Part shown: piece by piece, positions 1 to 15,565 of the stretch
Layout: the number at the start of each line of letters is the position of its first letter
How positions within the stretch are numbered: the first letter of the stretch is position 1
NCBI RefSeq assembly: GCF_964188315.1
Contig: NC_135671.1
Coordinates: 39,060,001-39,124,000 of the forward strand
Direction: 5' to 3'
Origin: Podarcis muralis
Taxonomy: Eukaryota
Length of the DNA: 64,000 nt
Program-made: the position numbers and the translations under genes
The notes under the pieces: model-generated
Database searches by the model: none
Seen by the model: only the letters and a program-made list of their open reading frames with translations
What the model was told of the DNA's origin: nothing

Positions 1-703
1 AGCCTGGTCTGAGAAATAGACTGCTTTACTCAGAGGCAGCAGGCTTGTAAATAACCATGTTACTAGTTGCCTGCAGCTTGTAAGAATTAGCTCCAGGTGA
101 CTTGGCAGAGAAGCTTTCATAGTTTAGAAGACATACCCCACTTCAGACGCAGATGGCTAACCAGGTATATGAGATCAAACAGGCTAGTAAAAACTTTTGT
201 GGGCAAGTAAGTTTTGCTGACATCATCTCAGTGAGATAGCAGCCTAAGGCTTCATCTGCATAGGAAGTTGTTCCTTTACAAAACATGGCTCCCCTTGGTT
301 CTGGACAGCCATATTCATACACCTGTGCCCACACCTGGACAGAGTAGAGTTTGTGCTGTAAAAGGGACTGGGTAAGTGATGCAATTCTGCATGAGAGCAG
401 GAACAATGCAGATTGTGGTATCAGGGGGCAATTAAGCTTCCTGGGAATCTGACCTGCTGCTTTTTTAAAGCAAATTTCTAATCCTTGCAAATGTGAAGTT
501 GTGCCTGAAAGTGTGGGCTGAATAGTATTTCTAGGAGTCAGGAAGTAAGTGAGATGCATCATTCTCACTTTTCCACATGATTACCAAAACAAGGGTAGAT
601 TTACATTAAATGTTTTTATATACAGTATATAACTGCAGGATTCAGCAGTACAAGAGTAATACTGCATAATTTCTCAATTTCCACAACCTATCTGGGAGAC
701 ATG

Positions 704-843
704 GAATCATAGAATTGTAGAGTTGGAAGGGACCATGTGGGTCATCTAGTCCAACCCTCTGCAATGCAGGAATCTTCTGCCCACTGTGGGACTCAAACCC
801 TGAGATTAAGAGTCTCATGCTCTACCCACTGAGCCATCCCAGC
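704..843 (-). mobile_element. tRNA-Lys-derived SINE with CR1-type 3' tail
   Basis: The - strand reads GCTGGGATGGCTCAGTGGGTAGAGCATGAGACTCTTAATCTCAGG (tRNA-like head), then GGTTGGACTAGATGACC...TTCTATGATTC (CR1 tail). Confidence 0.75.
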
Positions 844-2040
844 TGCTATATATACATGATTCAGCTTTTGTTGATGAAGGATTTGGGTTGCCATTGTGCA
901 GAATTTTGATTTTACTTAATTCCCATTTATGTTCTTCCCATGGTGTATTTCATAGCCTGGACAGAGAAAAGGGGCCGCCATGAAGTAGAGGAAGCAGCAA
1001 AACAAGAATAAAATGGCAAAAGTGAACAAAAGGAAGAGGGTTGGCTGAACTTCCCCCAATCCTCTCTTCAGGACACGAGAGTTCAAGCTCGCAGCCCTGC
1101 AGGGCCAAGGCAGCTAGGAGTCCGCTGGGTTAGCAGAAGGAAGCAAGGGCACAGAGAGACCCCTTCGCTTGCCAGTTTTATCAGCAGAAGCCAAGGCAAA
1201 GCAGCGAGGGGATGGAGAAATGGTCCGCAGCCCTTCCCCCAACCCTCTTCACAAAAGCCTCTGAAAAATCAGAACTGACAACTTGGAAGCTGAACTCAAC
1301 CCAATGAGCAAGAGGGAAGAGAGAAAGCTCAGTTGGGAAAATGGGGAAAGGGGAATGAGTTGGCTGGAGAGAGAGAGGAATTAGGGGGATCTAGGTGCAA
1401 CCCCCACTGTGTATGGCTTAATACTTGCATGAGAACATGGTGTAGAGGTGGAGGTGCTGGAGGCTTGGTACCAAAGACAAGATCGGAAGGCGCTTTGAGC
1501 CCCTCTTGGAGGCATCTGTACCAGTGTGGTGGCGGAGGAGGGGAGGGGGAAAGGGGGTGTGTGATTGCACTGACAAGTGCAGAGGTCAGAAGTTCAAGGG
1601 CCTGCAGTCAGATTTATAGCCCACCGTATCCCACAGCATCAGCGCAGGTAAACAATACAAGTATTTGCTCTCTCATTCATAAAAACATGGCTTATTATTA
1701 AGAGAGGGAGAGGTTTCACTGATTGCCCTGCTTGAAATTTGTAATCTTATTTTTAAAAAGAATAAAATAAAGTTGTAAGCCACTTTGAATATTGTGATTG
1801 CAATAGAAGGATGAGAAATAACTCATCTTAATAAATACGCCATAAACAACCATTTTGTTTTAATGTTTGGTTTTATTATGGAAGCCACCCAGACAGGCAG
1901 GGTATGGAAATAATAATAATGTCTGTTGGGCATAAACTCCACCAAAGTTCACCTGCCAGCTTCCACCTCAGCTGATATTTAGATCACAGCATTTAAAAAC
2001 AGGCTGGTTCAGCCTTTTCTCTTCCTGAAGCTAAAGGGCA

Positions 2041-2044
<4 letters not shown>

Positions 2045-2119
<75 letters not shown>
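2045..2119. repeat. Compound microsatellite (CT)n(CA)n
   Basis: Directly visible. Confidence 0.97.
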
Positions 2120-2122
<3 letters not shown>

Positions 2123-3879
2123 CCTTGGTGTTCCTCTCCATGATGACAGACCCCTGAAGTGACCATCTTAGTAAACACCTGTGAGTTTGTCAAATCAAAA
2201 TAGTCAAAACCTGACATAATATCTGAGGCGGCAGCAGAACTATTTCTTTGCCTGGCAGAAAGGAAGGTTTGCAGTTGTTGGCTCTTTCATTTATTGAGCG
2301 TTGTGTTTTTGCTGCCTGGGAGGGGGGTTTTCTGCCTCAGGTGCCAAATAACTGAACTGGACCTGGGTCCTATGCAGCTTGACTTGTGGGTTGTGGGGGC
2401 TAAGCCATTTCTTGCTCTGCCTCAGGCAGCAACCATCCTGGGCCGGCCCTGCACAGCTGTGCCACATTTTGCTTCATGGCAGGGCAGTTTCTGTTAGCAG
2501 GAGAGAGAGGGGTTTGTTTTTCCAGAATATTTAACCTCAGCTTCGCTCTTGCTCAAAGCACCTGACTACAGTATGAAGTTTGAAACATTCTTGCTCACCT
2601 AAGATGCAGAATGGCAGAGTGGGGCAGACACCAACCGTGGGAATGGTGCCCAGCTTTGTAAAGCATTGGGGGTATAGGAGTGGTGGTAACAAGAGGTCTG
2701 GCGAGGTACTCAAAGAGGAAATTAGACCTAGTAGCAGGTAGAGGCTGCTGCCATAAGACAAAGCAGCTCCTTCAGTCTGTTATGGAACTAATGAAGCTTA
2801 AGCTTCAGGGCCCCTAATCCCAGAAGGGCCCCAGAAGTGACTTTAGTCCACCTTGCTTAAAATTTTGGGGTCTAGTAGATCTCATTTGTGGCTCACTGAT
2901 TTGAGTAAAATTGATCAATTTTTGTTGTTGTATATATTGTAACAATCCCAAAGTTTGAGAGTTAGTAGCACAGATATTGTAAAGTGTGGTGGCCTGTCGT
3001 GGAACAACCCCATTGAAGAAGAGAACAGTGGTTCCCCGGACCTTGTTGCTGGTTGCAAAGGTGACACTTCAAGCTTCAGGGCCCCAGAAGCGCAGGTCCA
3101 CCACTGCCTTCCGCCTTGTATATTTTCCAGTGGCAGAAAGGGAGACAAGGCCACATCTGCACCATGCATTTTGACCCTCATGGCTCCTCTCCCCTTGCAA
3201 AACGTCCTGGGAACTACAGTTTGTTACGGGTGCTGCTGAGAGTTGTTAGGAGACCGCTCTTCCCCTCACAGAGCTGCAGTTCCCAGCACTCCCTGGGAAG
3301 AGGGACTAGTTTTTAAGCCACTCTGGGAATATATGCTGTGCATGTCCAGATGTGACCAGCTAGGGTCCAATGCACTGTGCAAATATCCATTAAGATGAAC
3401 TGTCGTTTCGCAGGGCACATGCAGGAGGACAAGAGCATCTCAACCAAATTGTGCCCCACGCCAACTGCTGCGTGTGGTGCTGGGACCACTTGGCCTTCCT
3501 GGCTCCAATACCCAAAATGCCTTGAACCAGCCCTGCTAGTGGTCCCAGCCAAGGGGCACTGCCTTGGTGCCAGGATGGCTGGTGCCTGTGCTTGTCACAT
3601 TTTGAGCCCCAGAAGGGCTTTGAGTTGGCAGTCGAGGTTTGTTGTAAGATAGCAGTGAGCCTAGGCAGGTCCAGAATGGTGCTGTGATCCTGAGGAGGAG
3701 GAGGTGAGCAGCAGAGGAGCGCTGGGGCAGAGAGAGAATCGTTGCTGGCTGATCAACTCACCCAGCCTAGAGGAAGTTGAACGACCGGAACCCAAGAAGG
3801 GATGTTGCGTTACAATCAACAGCTTTGCTGTGCAAGGGTGTCTTAACAGGGGAAGTGGAAATTAGTGCTTTACAGGCGA

Positions 3880-5420
3880 GGGAGGTTACAGGGAGGCAGA
3901 GGACGCCCGGGTCCTTTTCCTGTCAGTTCGGCACGCGGGCACGGCGCACGGTCTTCTTTTTTCTGTACCTTCAGATCCTCACCTCCTGCCTCCAACCCCG
4001 CGACCACGTCTCTCCCGCTAAGAACCCGAGTTTGCAGTCACGCCTCGCCACCACCAGCAACAATATTCTCCCGTCTACAAAATCTGGGTCACATTTCTCT
4101 AGGTTTGGGTGGGGGGAGAGAGAGACAGAGACAGCGTTCCTCTCGCAGCCATATAAATGCAGCTGCAGTGAAATCCAGCGCGGCTGGTATTTGAGGCGGG
4201 AGCACCCCGAAGGGGGTGGCGTGTGGGCGGTGGGGAGGCCCCTGGCCGGCTGGAGGTCGGTCACGCAGCTGAGGACGGATGAGCAACGTCGCCCTGGTCC
4301 CCCGGCCCCCGAGCCAGGCCCAGGGGGGCCAGGAGAGCGCGATGCCGCCGCCACTTGCACCTGCAGGCAGATGTCCGGCTGGCTGCTCCCGACGCCCGCC
4401 CCTCGGCGCTGCGTTGGCGCAGCGGCCACCCGACAGCTGCCCACCCCTGGCCAGCAATGCCTCCCCTGGCACACAATGCCCTCCCCACCCCTGGCCTGCC
4501 CTTGCGTCCGCAGCCCCACCCCCGGCCCTCCCCGCGCAGCGATGCCCCTTGTCCGGCCCGCAGGCGTCGCCGGCTGCCCCCTTCTCCCCGCGCAGCCTCG
4601 CCCGCGCCCCCGGCTCCCCCCCCCCCGCAGCCCGCGCACCTCCCTCGGCCGCCGCCTCCCCAGGATCCCCCCCCCCCCCGCCGCCGCCAGCCTTACCTTT
4701 CACCTGCGTCTCGTACTCGGCCAGGCTGCCCCGCTCGCGGCGCGCCTTCCCCGGCGCGCTCATGCCGGCGGTGCGGGCCGGGGCGCAGCAGGGCCAGCTT
4801 GTCCGCAAGATGCGCCCGGCAGATGCGGCGCGGTGTGCCGGGCGAGGCGCCGCCCCCTTCCCTTCTTCTGCTGCTGCTTCCCTTCCCCAGAGGCAGAAGC
4901 TGGGGCTGGAGCGGCGCCGTTAACCCGCTGCGCTCCGGCTCCCCTCCTCGCGGTGCCAGCCACAAGCGCAGCCCGTGCCAGGCGCGCACTCGCTCGCTCG
5001 CTCGCTCGCTGCTCTCCCTCTCGCAGGGCTGGAGCCAAAGGCTTTGTGTCGCCCTGTCCAGCCCTGTGGCAACGCAGGCCCGGCCAGCAACAAGCCCCAG
5101 AGAGACGCGGGAGCGACGGTTGCACCACCAGATCACACCCTCCTCCTCCTCCGCCGCCGCCGCCTTCTGCGCATCAATTGAGCTGGAGTAACTGAAAAGC
5201 CGCCGCCGCCCCGTTTCCTGGCAATTACTAGCGACGAGTTAAAACTCAGCTCACACGGGTCTCTTCAACAACTGGGGCAACTGCACTCGTTCGCGGCGGC
5301 GGCGGCGTCTGGCGGGCTGCTGGGGGAGCAGGGTGCTGGGCGAGATGGTTGACCTGTGATCCAGCAGGGCTCTCCTTCGGAAACACGAGCGGCCCCCCCC
5401 CCCACACACACACCGCAGCA
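3880..5420. promoter_or_regulatory. CpG island, ARHGAP4 promoter/5' UTR/exon 1
   Basis: Very GC/CpG-dense stretch around the ARHGAP4 ATG, with (GCC)n and (GCTC)n runs; boundaries approximate. Confidence 0.8.
4697..4763 (-). CDS. ARHGAP4: Rho GTPase-activating protein 4, coding exon 1 (rest of gene lies left of the window)
   Basis: ATG at 4763 gives MSAPGKARRERGSLAEYETQVK, then G|gtaagg donor. Matches human ARHGAP4 N-terminus MAAHGKLRRERGLQAEYETQVK. 67-nt phase-1 exon typical of the srGAP family; synteny with NAA10/RENBP/HCFC1. No exon 2 found in 1-4696. Confidence 0.93.
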
Positions 5421-5691
5421 ATGTGTGGGTTGCCCCAAATGTTCAGGCATAGTCAGTTAGCCTGGGCTTATTTAAGCAGGCATCGGGACCCCAAAGTAAG
5501 CATGCGCGTGGGCACTGGGTAGGTAGAGGTGTCAGGGAAAGGTGCAGCCACCTTGTTACATGCAGAGATCCTGTGGGGATCTGTGAACAGCTGGATCTGT
5601 GAACAAACTCCAGGGCGACTGACTGTTTGAATCAGCAACACAGGAACTTGCCTGCTCTCGAGTCAGACCATTGTGTCTATTGAGTGCCATA

Positions 5692-5945
5692 TGTTTATTT
5701 GTTCATTTATTAAATTTATATACTGTACTGCCCTTCATCCAAGGATCATGGGCAGTTTTCAGTATAAAAACACAAACATACATAACATAATAAATAAATC
5801 AATAATCCCCCCACAAATTAAAAGGCCATATAGATAGTTTAATCAGCCAAAGTCCTGGGGAAAGAGGAATATTTTTGTCTGGCATCTAAATATAGGTACT
5901 GAAAGTGCCAGGTGAGCCTCCCTTGGGGAGCATTCCACAAACATT
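5692..5945 (-). mobile_element. Degenerate L2-type LINE 3' end
   Basis: TTTATT-rich tail followed by typical antisense L2 3' sequence (ggtgagcctcccttggggagcattccacaa). Confidence 0.5.
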
Positions 5946-5954
5946 GGATTAGAT

Positions 5955-6072
5955 CAGCCTTCCCCAACCTGGCGCTCTCCAGATGTTGTTCAACTACAAC
6001 TCCCATCATGCTTGGCCAATGGCTGATAGGAGTTGGGCATCCATCTGGAGGGCACTAGGTTGGGAAAGGCTG
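5955..6072. mobile_element. Palindromic hAT-type MITE
   Basis: TIRs CAGCCTTCCCCAACCT...AGGTTGGGAAAGGCTG with internal actacaactcccatca/ggagttg arms. Confidence 0.7.
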
Positions 6073-6200
6073 GATGAGGCGTTTTGTTCCTTCCATTGGG
6101 TCCTAACATGTTACAGCAGAACCCAGAAGCTCTCTGGAGAGGCAGATTACACCTCCACAGAGAAGTGAACTTACATCCGGAACCAGGATGCTCTTGTTTA

Positions 6201-6406
6201 CAGTGGTACCTCTGGTTAAGAACTTAATTCATTCCGGAGGTCCATTCTTAACCTAAAACTGTTCTTAACCTGAGATACCAATTTAGCTAATGGGGCCTCC
6301 TGCTGCCGCCATGCGATTTCTGTTCTCATCCTGAAGCAAAGTTCTTAACCCGAGGTACTATTTCTGGGTCTGTAACCTGAAGCGTCTGTAACCCGGGGTA
6401 CCACAG
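6201..6406. mobile_element. Tc1/mariner (Tigger-like) MITE
   Basis: TA-CAGTGGTACC...GGTACCACAG-TA; same family as the copies at 15340, 28448 and 33954 but in opposite orientation. Confidence 0.85.
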
Positions 6407-7104
6407 TATATGTTCCTTTATCCTGGGATGAATTCTTTGCTTTGGACCCCTTGTGCAGCATTTCACTTATCCATCAAATGCTTGGTTATTTGCCAGTGGT
6501 GTCGCATCCATCACCTGCAGATCTGGGTTCACAGGACATCGCTAACAGCAATATAGCTAAGTGCTTGGAGCTACCCTTCAGTGTTTCTATCTAGTATTTC
6601 AGAAACATGCAAATGTACAGATACTAATCAGCTATGATATTTAATTACTTGAACCGCTATGATTGAACATGAAATTGTCACCCTGAGGATTGGTTATAGC
6701 AGAAAGGCAGAATGCAATAAATAAACCAATACATTATGTAAGTCTTTAAATTGTAGAATGCACAACTTTGCACTGCTCTTTGGAAAAGACAAACGGAAGA
6801 CAGTTCAACTAAAAGACTAATGTCCCTGATTTTGTGCCCTCTATGACCGATAGCTGTGTGACCCAATAGAACTGTAGCTCTCCATAGTTAACACCCACAA
6901 GCTGCAACTGGAGCTTCCACACTCTGCAGTCCACGGCAAGTGGGACTTCCCAGCACAGGAAGCTGATTTGCTTACAATTCCACACCCTGCGCTGTCTCAG
7001 CAGAGTTCAGATGTCCTCTTGCATGCACACCCACCCCAGAGCAGCTGAACAGGCACTCTCAGAGTGGAGATTATCTACCCTCTGCCTGCAAAACCACACA
7101 TCTC

Positions 7105-7108
<4 letters not shown>

Positions 7109-7167
<59 letters not shown>
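7109..7167. repeat. (TA)n(CA)n microsatellite
   Basis: Directly visible. Confidence 0.95.
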
Positions 7168-7171
<4 letters not shown>

Positions 7172-9419
7172 CTTTATTTATATATAAACACATACACAAA
7201 GCAGATCTATTCAGAGAGTATTTTCACACTCCTCTCACAGGCAAAAGGGATTGGAGGGAGGCAGCAGGGTGGGGGGGGGGGCAGAGGCAGGGAGGGGGCG
7301 CACTGGCAAAAGCTGCAACAGCAAAATGCCTGCAGCTCAGGAGCCAGGAGGCCTCGGCAGGGCTGCTTAAGCAGACCAGAGCTGGCACTTGAGGAAAAAT
7401 GAGGAACTGAGAGGGGAAGGGACAGGGGGGTGGTGACAACCTCACTTTTTGGCCCCCAAACCACAGGCTTTCCTCTCCCTGGTCATCCAGCCCATTCCTT
7501 CTTGCCCATCACACACACTTAAAGCCCCCCTGCTAGCACTTTGTATAATCCAGTCAATGGGGGCACATGGAGAGCCACTGGGGAATGACTAGGTAAACAC
7601 AGGGTTCACACTTAACAGAGGCTTTTCATAATAAAGTGGTGTTTGAAGCTCTCAGCAGCAGCAAATCAAAAGGTAGTTAGGCGCTGGGGACGCCTGGTGA
7701 AGTGGGGGCTAGGGAGCAGGGCTCTCTGCCACATCACCAAGGTCCTGTCTGACAACCTCCTTGCAGAGCTTTCACCAAGCAAAGATGTGCTTACTTTGTC
7801 AAATTTTTGATGCTGCATTCACATGAAGGCCCAGTCCAGCCCCTCCCTTACACGCATAATTAGGCAGAAAGAGCCCTATACGCATAGGGCAGCTGGGGTT
7901 CAGCAGAAGGGGAAATTGTGGAGGGGAAATAGGTCTTCCTCTTTCTATTCAAGCTGCTGTTTCTACCGGGAGGCAGTAGGCTTCTTTAATAAGTTTTATA
8001 CATTTAAAAATCTATTTCTGAGCACTGATCTGAGCTCTAGAAAAGCAATACTACAGACATCTCCCTCCTTACGTTCCCGGGTACTGCTCCTATACATGAA
8101 ATCATGGATAGTGGGGAGGGAACACCATCTAAAACGCCACACACACGGCTTCTTGGGTTTCTCAGCACCAGAGGAAGATGATGATGCCTTGCATTTAGGC
8201 GCCATCTCAAAAAAAAAAAAAAAAAAAACCACCTCCAAAAATTCATGGGATTGCCGTTGCAAAGGCTCCTAGGACAGCTAGCTGTATTCCCTCTCTTTTC
8301 GGGCCATTTTTGTCCTTTTTATGTCTTTATGCAGATCAAATCTATTTATTTATTTATTTATTTATTTATTTCCTAATGCTGCACATATATGTGGTCACAC
8401 GCAAGTGGGGAGATGTATGATTGATTAATATCAATCACAGCTAGTAAGCGGTTGCAGCTTTTAGGTGATTCTGAAAGGGAGTGCCATCATCAGACAGCAA
8501 CTGTACTTAACTGGTTTGGTTGCAGTACACCTGGAAAACTGTGATGGGGAGTCATGAGTCACCAGGCACACTGAAACATGTGCTGGTGAGCCACAGCCAG
8601 GGCCAGCCCACCCATGAGGCAAGGTGAGGCAACTGCCTCAGACGGCAGGATCCACAGGGGCTGCAGATCCTGTTGTAGATCTTTATTCCTCTCTGGTTCC
8701 TGATGTAGATCTTCACTTCTCCGCTTCCCTGGTGGGAGGGGGGCACCATTTCATGGTTCGTGTCAAGGGCCAAAATGTTTTGGACCAGCCATGGCCAGAG
8801 CCACCATTGGCAGCATGCCTACTGCATGTTTGGGGACACAGCGAACACCAGTGTGACATGCGTGCAGTCAGGTGAAACATTATTGCCACGTGAAGTGGCT
8901 GATTAGGCAGACCCTTTCAATAGTATTGGTGCTTAGTGACCCAACCTGCACGCAGTCAATAATTTGCTACAAAGATTCTGGGTTGCTAATTGAAAACAAG
9001 CAGACACACATGATGTGGTCAGAACCTCCTATCTACTTAAGGCCCATTATAGTCCTGACTCCCGACTAATGGGGATTTCAGTGGAGAACAGATTGAAATG
9101 AGATGCTAATTTAGAATTTGGGTTAGAGTACAATTGCACAACTCTTTTCGAGCTCTCAAAATTGCAGAGAAGTTGACAATGAGACAGAGTTTACAGAAAA
9201 TCCTAAGAGATGCTGTGCCATTTTTTTAAAATGACCCTATACCAATACAATTCTGCACAATTTAATTTAGAGAGGTCTCACCATTTATGCAATTTTAAGA
9301 TTGTGTTTAACTTATTCATGGGAAGAGGCCAAGCAATCTGACCACCAGGAATTCTTCTTGCCTCTTCACCTGCCTCTTCACCTGATTAGTCCTTTATGAA
9401 TTGTGAGAGTTCATCAAAA

Positions 9420-10362
9420 ACTACTCAGAAAACTTTCAAACCTACTAGAATGTGATCTAAACCTCCCTTTAAATCCATCTCAGCCAAAAGACGGGAACTC
9501 ACTCAAACTCACCAACAGATGGTACCTAACACCACAGAAACTGGCGCTGATATGCCCAGGAACCTCACCTAAATGTTGAAGAGCCTGCACTTCCACAGGC
9601 ACATGCCTCCACATGTGGTGGGAATGCCCCCAAATCCAACCCTTCTGGAAATCAGTCCTACAAGAGATATGAAAAATAACTAAACAGGTATTTGAACCGG
9701 CCCTACCGAACATCTTCCGAGATAATAATGTCCACTCACATTATACAGAGCTTATAACCCACCTACTCTCAGCAGCCTGAAGCCTCATAGCCAGACACTG
9801 GAGAGACCTCTCAGGAGTAAACATGGACCACTGGTACCAAATGGGAAACAGCCTTACGAGAAAAGCTAACCAACAGACAAAGTGACATGGGGACAAATAG
9901 AAGAGGGCTCTTTCACCCCAGTATGGCTTCCCTTTATCTCATACACAGCCCAACAAGACGACAACAGCATACAAATCAATCTGGCTTACTTGACCCAACA
10001 ACCCCCCCCCCACTTCACAAATGCAAACAAACCTCACTGCAGACAATCACAGACAACCATCCACACCCTGGACCCCCCCAATCCCTCTCACTACCAAGGA
10101 AATGTAATAAGCAAATAGAAGGAGAACCTACCCAGTTGATGCTGGCACAAAACCCCACATGTACACTGTAAAAAAATAGAAATTTCACCACTATCCCTCC
10201 TCTCCCCCCATCTTCTTCCTGGCCTTATACTGTACTCAACACTAATGTCTCATAACAAATGTAGCTGATCTGTAGAAAAGACTGTACAGCCTGAAAAAAG
10301 AGACAAGGCACTTTTGTAAACCAAGAAAATCTTTAATAAAAAATAATTTTTTAAAAAAGAAA
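9420..10362 (+). mobile_element. L1-clade LINE 3' fragment (ORF2 C-terminus plus 3' UTR and A-rich tail), degraded
   Basis: Frame-broken RWYLTPQKLA...GTCLHMWWECPQIQPFW (L1 CCHC region), followed by AATAAA and an A-rich end. Confidence 0.8.
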
Positions 10363-10690
10363 ACTTGTAAGCCCCTTCTCATCAGTACAAGATTTACAAA
10401 CTTGTTTCTAAAAACAAGTGATAGCAGAGACCTTCCAGAGGCTGAGTTCTGTCCCACTGCCATATGGATGCATGGATAGTATTATGGGATACATACAGCA
10501 CTTATCTCTATGTGCTCTTCCATTCCTTTTCCACTCCACTCCCAGTCCTCAACAAGGTATTCAGAATTCTGTAATCAGAGGTTTAACAAAAAGTAAATCA
10601 CACTGGTGCCATGAAGTGTGCATAATTTGTTCCAAGCAGAGAAGTTTGTGTTTCCAAGGCCCATATACAGCAAAACCAATTATGCAACTA

Positions 10691-10696
10691 TTTATT
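10691..10696 (-). terminator. Candidate polyadenylation signal of NUDT16
   Basis: AATAAA on the - strand about 740 nt after the stop at 11433. Confidence 0.45.
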
Positions 10697-11432
10697 TGCT
10701 GATGAACTGAATGATGGCAGCTTCTTAGTCTTTAATTGACAATTCTTACACCCATGTCAGCACATCATCAAAATTGGAAAAAGAGAAACCAGTGGGAGGG
10801 AGACACATAATGACTGTCTCTAGTGGCCATTTACCACTTCCATATGAGCTAATAAAAAATATTATAGGAGTCAAGAGCCACAAAATGTCTTAAGCCATTC
10901 TTCAAGCCTAGTAAAAGATTAGAAAGGCGGACTCCAGCTGTGAAATGATAAAGTAATAATACACCAATAGGGGTGTGCAATGGGCTTTTGTGGGGAGGGA
11001 AACCCTGACTTCCATGATATACAAATACTGGAACTCAGAGACAGAAGGTTTGAAATTACAGATGGAAAAATAGAAACCACAGATGAGTCAGTGTGTTATT
11101 TGTAGTGCCATTCTCCAAGTGCAAGAAACCATGTGTGTGTGTCTTATATATCTACACACAGAGAAGATCAGATGGTTCACTCTTTTAACCCTTGCCTACC
11201 ATCTTCAATATTTTAAACAGGCATCTGGATGCTTAAATCCTTTTCAGGGCTAGATTCACCAGAACTGAGCCATCCACCTTGGGCAGGGGGAGGGAAAGGT
11301 CCATTGCCACTCTCTTCCCACATTCTTGGATTTCTCCGCTACATCTGCTCCATTCAAGAGTCCAAAGTTCATGGGGGAATTCAGTTACAGAACCGTCAGA
11401 GGCTGGAACGTGGCAGCCACAACCAATGCCAC

Positions 11433-14334
<2,902 letters not shown>

Positions 14335-15339
14335 CGCCCTCACTCGGAGCCCCTCGGCCGGGAGGAAAGAGGCACCGCGCCTCCAATCAGCGCGCACCGA
14401 ACTTTCCTTGCGGCCAATCAGAGGCTCCGGGGGAGGAAACCGGGGAGGCGCGCGAGGTCTCCCCATTCATGCAGTTGGGCGGCGTTGGCCGCGCGAGGGC
14501 GCCCGCTTGCCGCGCTCCGGCGAAACCTTGCGAGGCGACGCAGGAGCCCGTCGCCTTTCCTCTCCTCCTTGCTAGGACGAACCCCTAAATGCGCAAAGCA
14601 AAAGTGCACGCTCAGGATCGCTTGAGGGCCGAGGCCTGCGCCCTCCAAGCTCCCCTAGGAACCCCAGCAGTGTGGCTGGTAGGCTGCGAGGTGACCCGCC
14701 AGAAAGCGGCCCGGGTGGCCTACTTAAAGAGAGCCAGCCCTCTGCCTGGAGAAGTCCTCTGTTTGAAGGGTTATCCAGTCCCAAGCCTGAGGCGAGGGCA
14801 GTGGCGTAGCGTGGGTTGTCAGCACCGGGGCAAGGCAAGTAATTTGCGCCCCCTAACCCTAACCCCCAGGTGTTGCGCCCGGTGCGGCCGACCCCCCCCC
14901 TGCACCCCCCACGCTACGCCACTGGGCGAGGGGGGTTAGTGGTTTGTTTTCGTTGTGTTTTTAGTTTTTTTATCTTGCATTTTATGTTGTGCACCACCTT
15001 TAGATATACGGATGAAGGCTGGTATACAAATTTAATAAATAATAATATTGATGGAAATCAGTGAAAGACACATTGAGCAAGTACACAGGGCAGTCTCTCC
15101 CCCCCCCCCCCACATCCCGCCCCCGTTGCAACAACTTGTATTTCTATTTAAATTATAGCACTGCTTTTTAAAAATTTGCATCTATATAGTAGCTGATACA
15201 AATGTTATGTAAATCTGTTTTATGCCCCTTTATTTGGTGATGTGCCAATAGCTGCTGTATCTGGACTGCTGCCTGCCCTCCAGGCCACCCTGTAGTTAAG
15301 AGTGGCTGGGGAAACCCAGCCAGATGGGCAGGCTATATA

Positions 15340-15565
15340 CAGTGGTACCTCGGGTTACATACGCTTCAGGTTACAGACTCCGCTAACCCAGAAGTAGTAC
15401 CTCAAGTTAAGAACTTTGCTTCAGGATGAGAACAGAAATCGTGCTCTGGCGACGCAGCGGCAGCAGGAGGCCCCATTAGCTAAAGTGGTGCCTCAGGTTA
15501 AGAACAGTTTCAGGTTAAGAACGAACCTCTGGAACGAATTAAGTTATTAACTTGAGGTACCACTG
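15340..15565. mobile_element. Tc1/mariner MITE nested in an L2 3' tail
   Basis: TIR CAGTGGTACCTC...GAGGTACCACTG inserted at TA; the flanks gagtggctggggaaacccagccagatggg and taataataaactattttattatta are the split L2 tail. Confidence 0.85.

Noticed and set aside
785-843. tRNA-Lys-like sequence
   Set aside because: It lacks part of the T-arm region and runs straight into a CR1-type tail: a SINE head, not a tRNA gene.
3777-5195. Long overlapping ORFs (472, 278, 239, 222 aa) at the ARHGAP4 5' end
   Set aside because: Pro/Arg/Ala/Gly-rich products of a stop-poor CpG island, mostly with non-ATG starts; only 4697-4763 matches a known protein.
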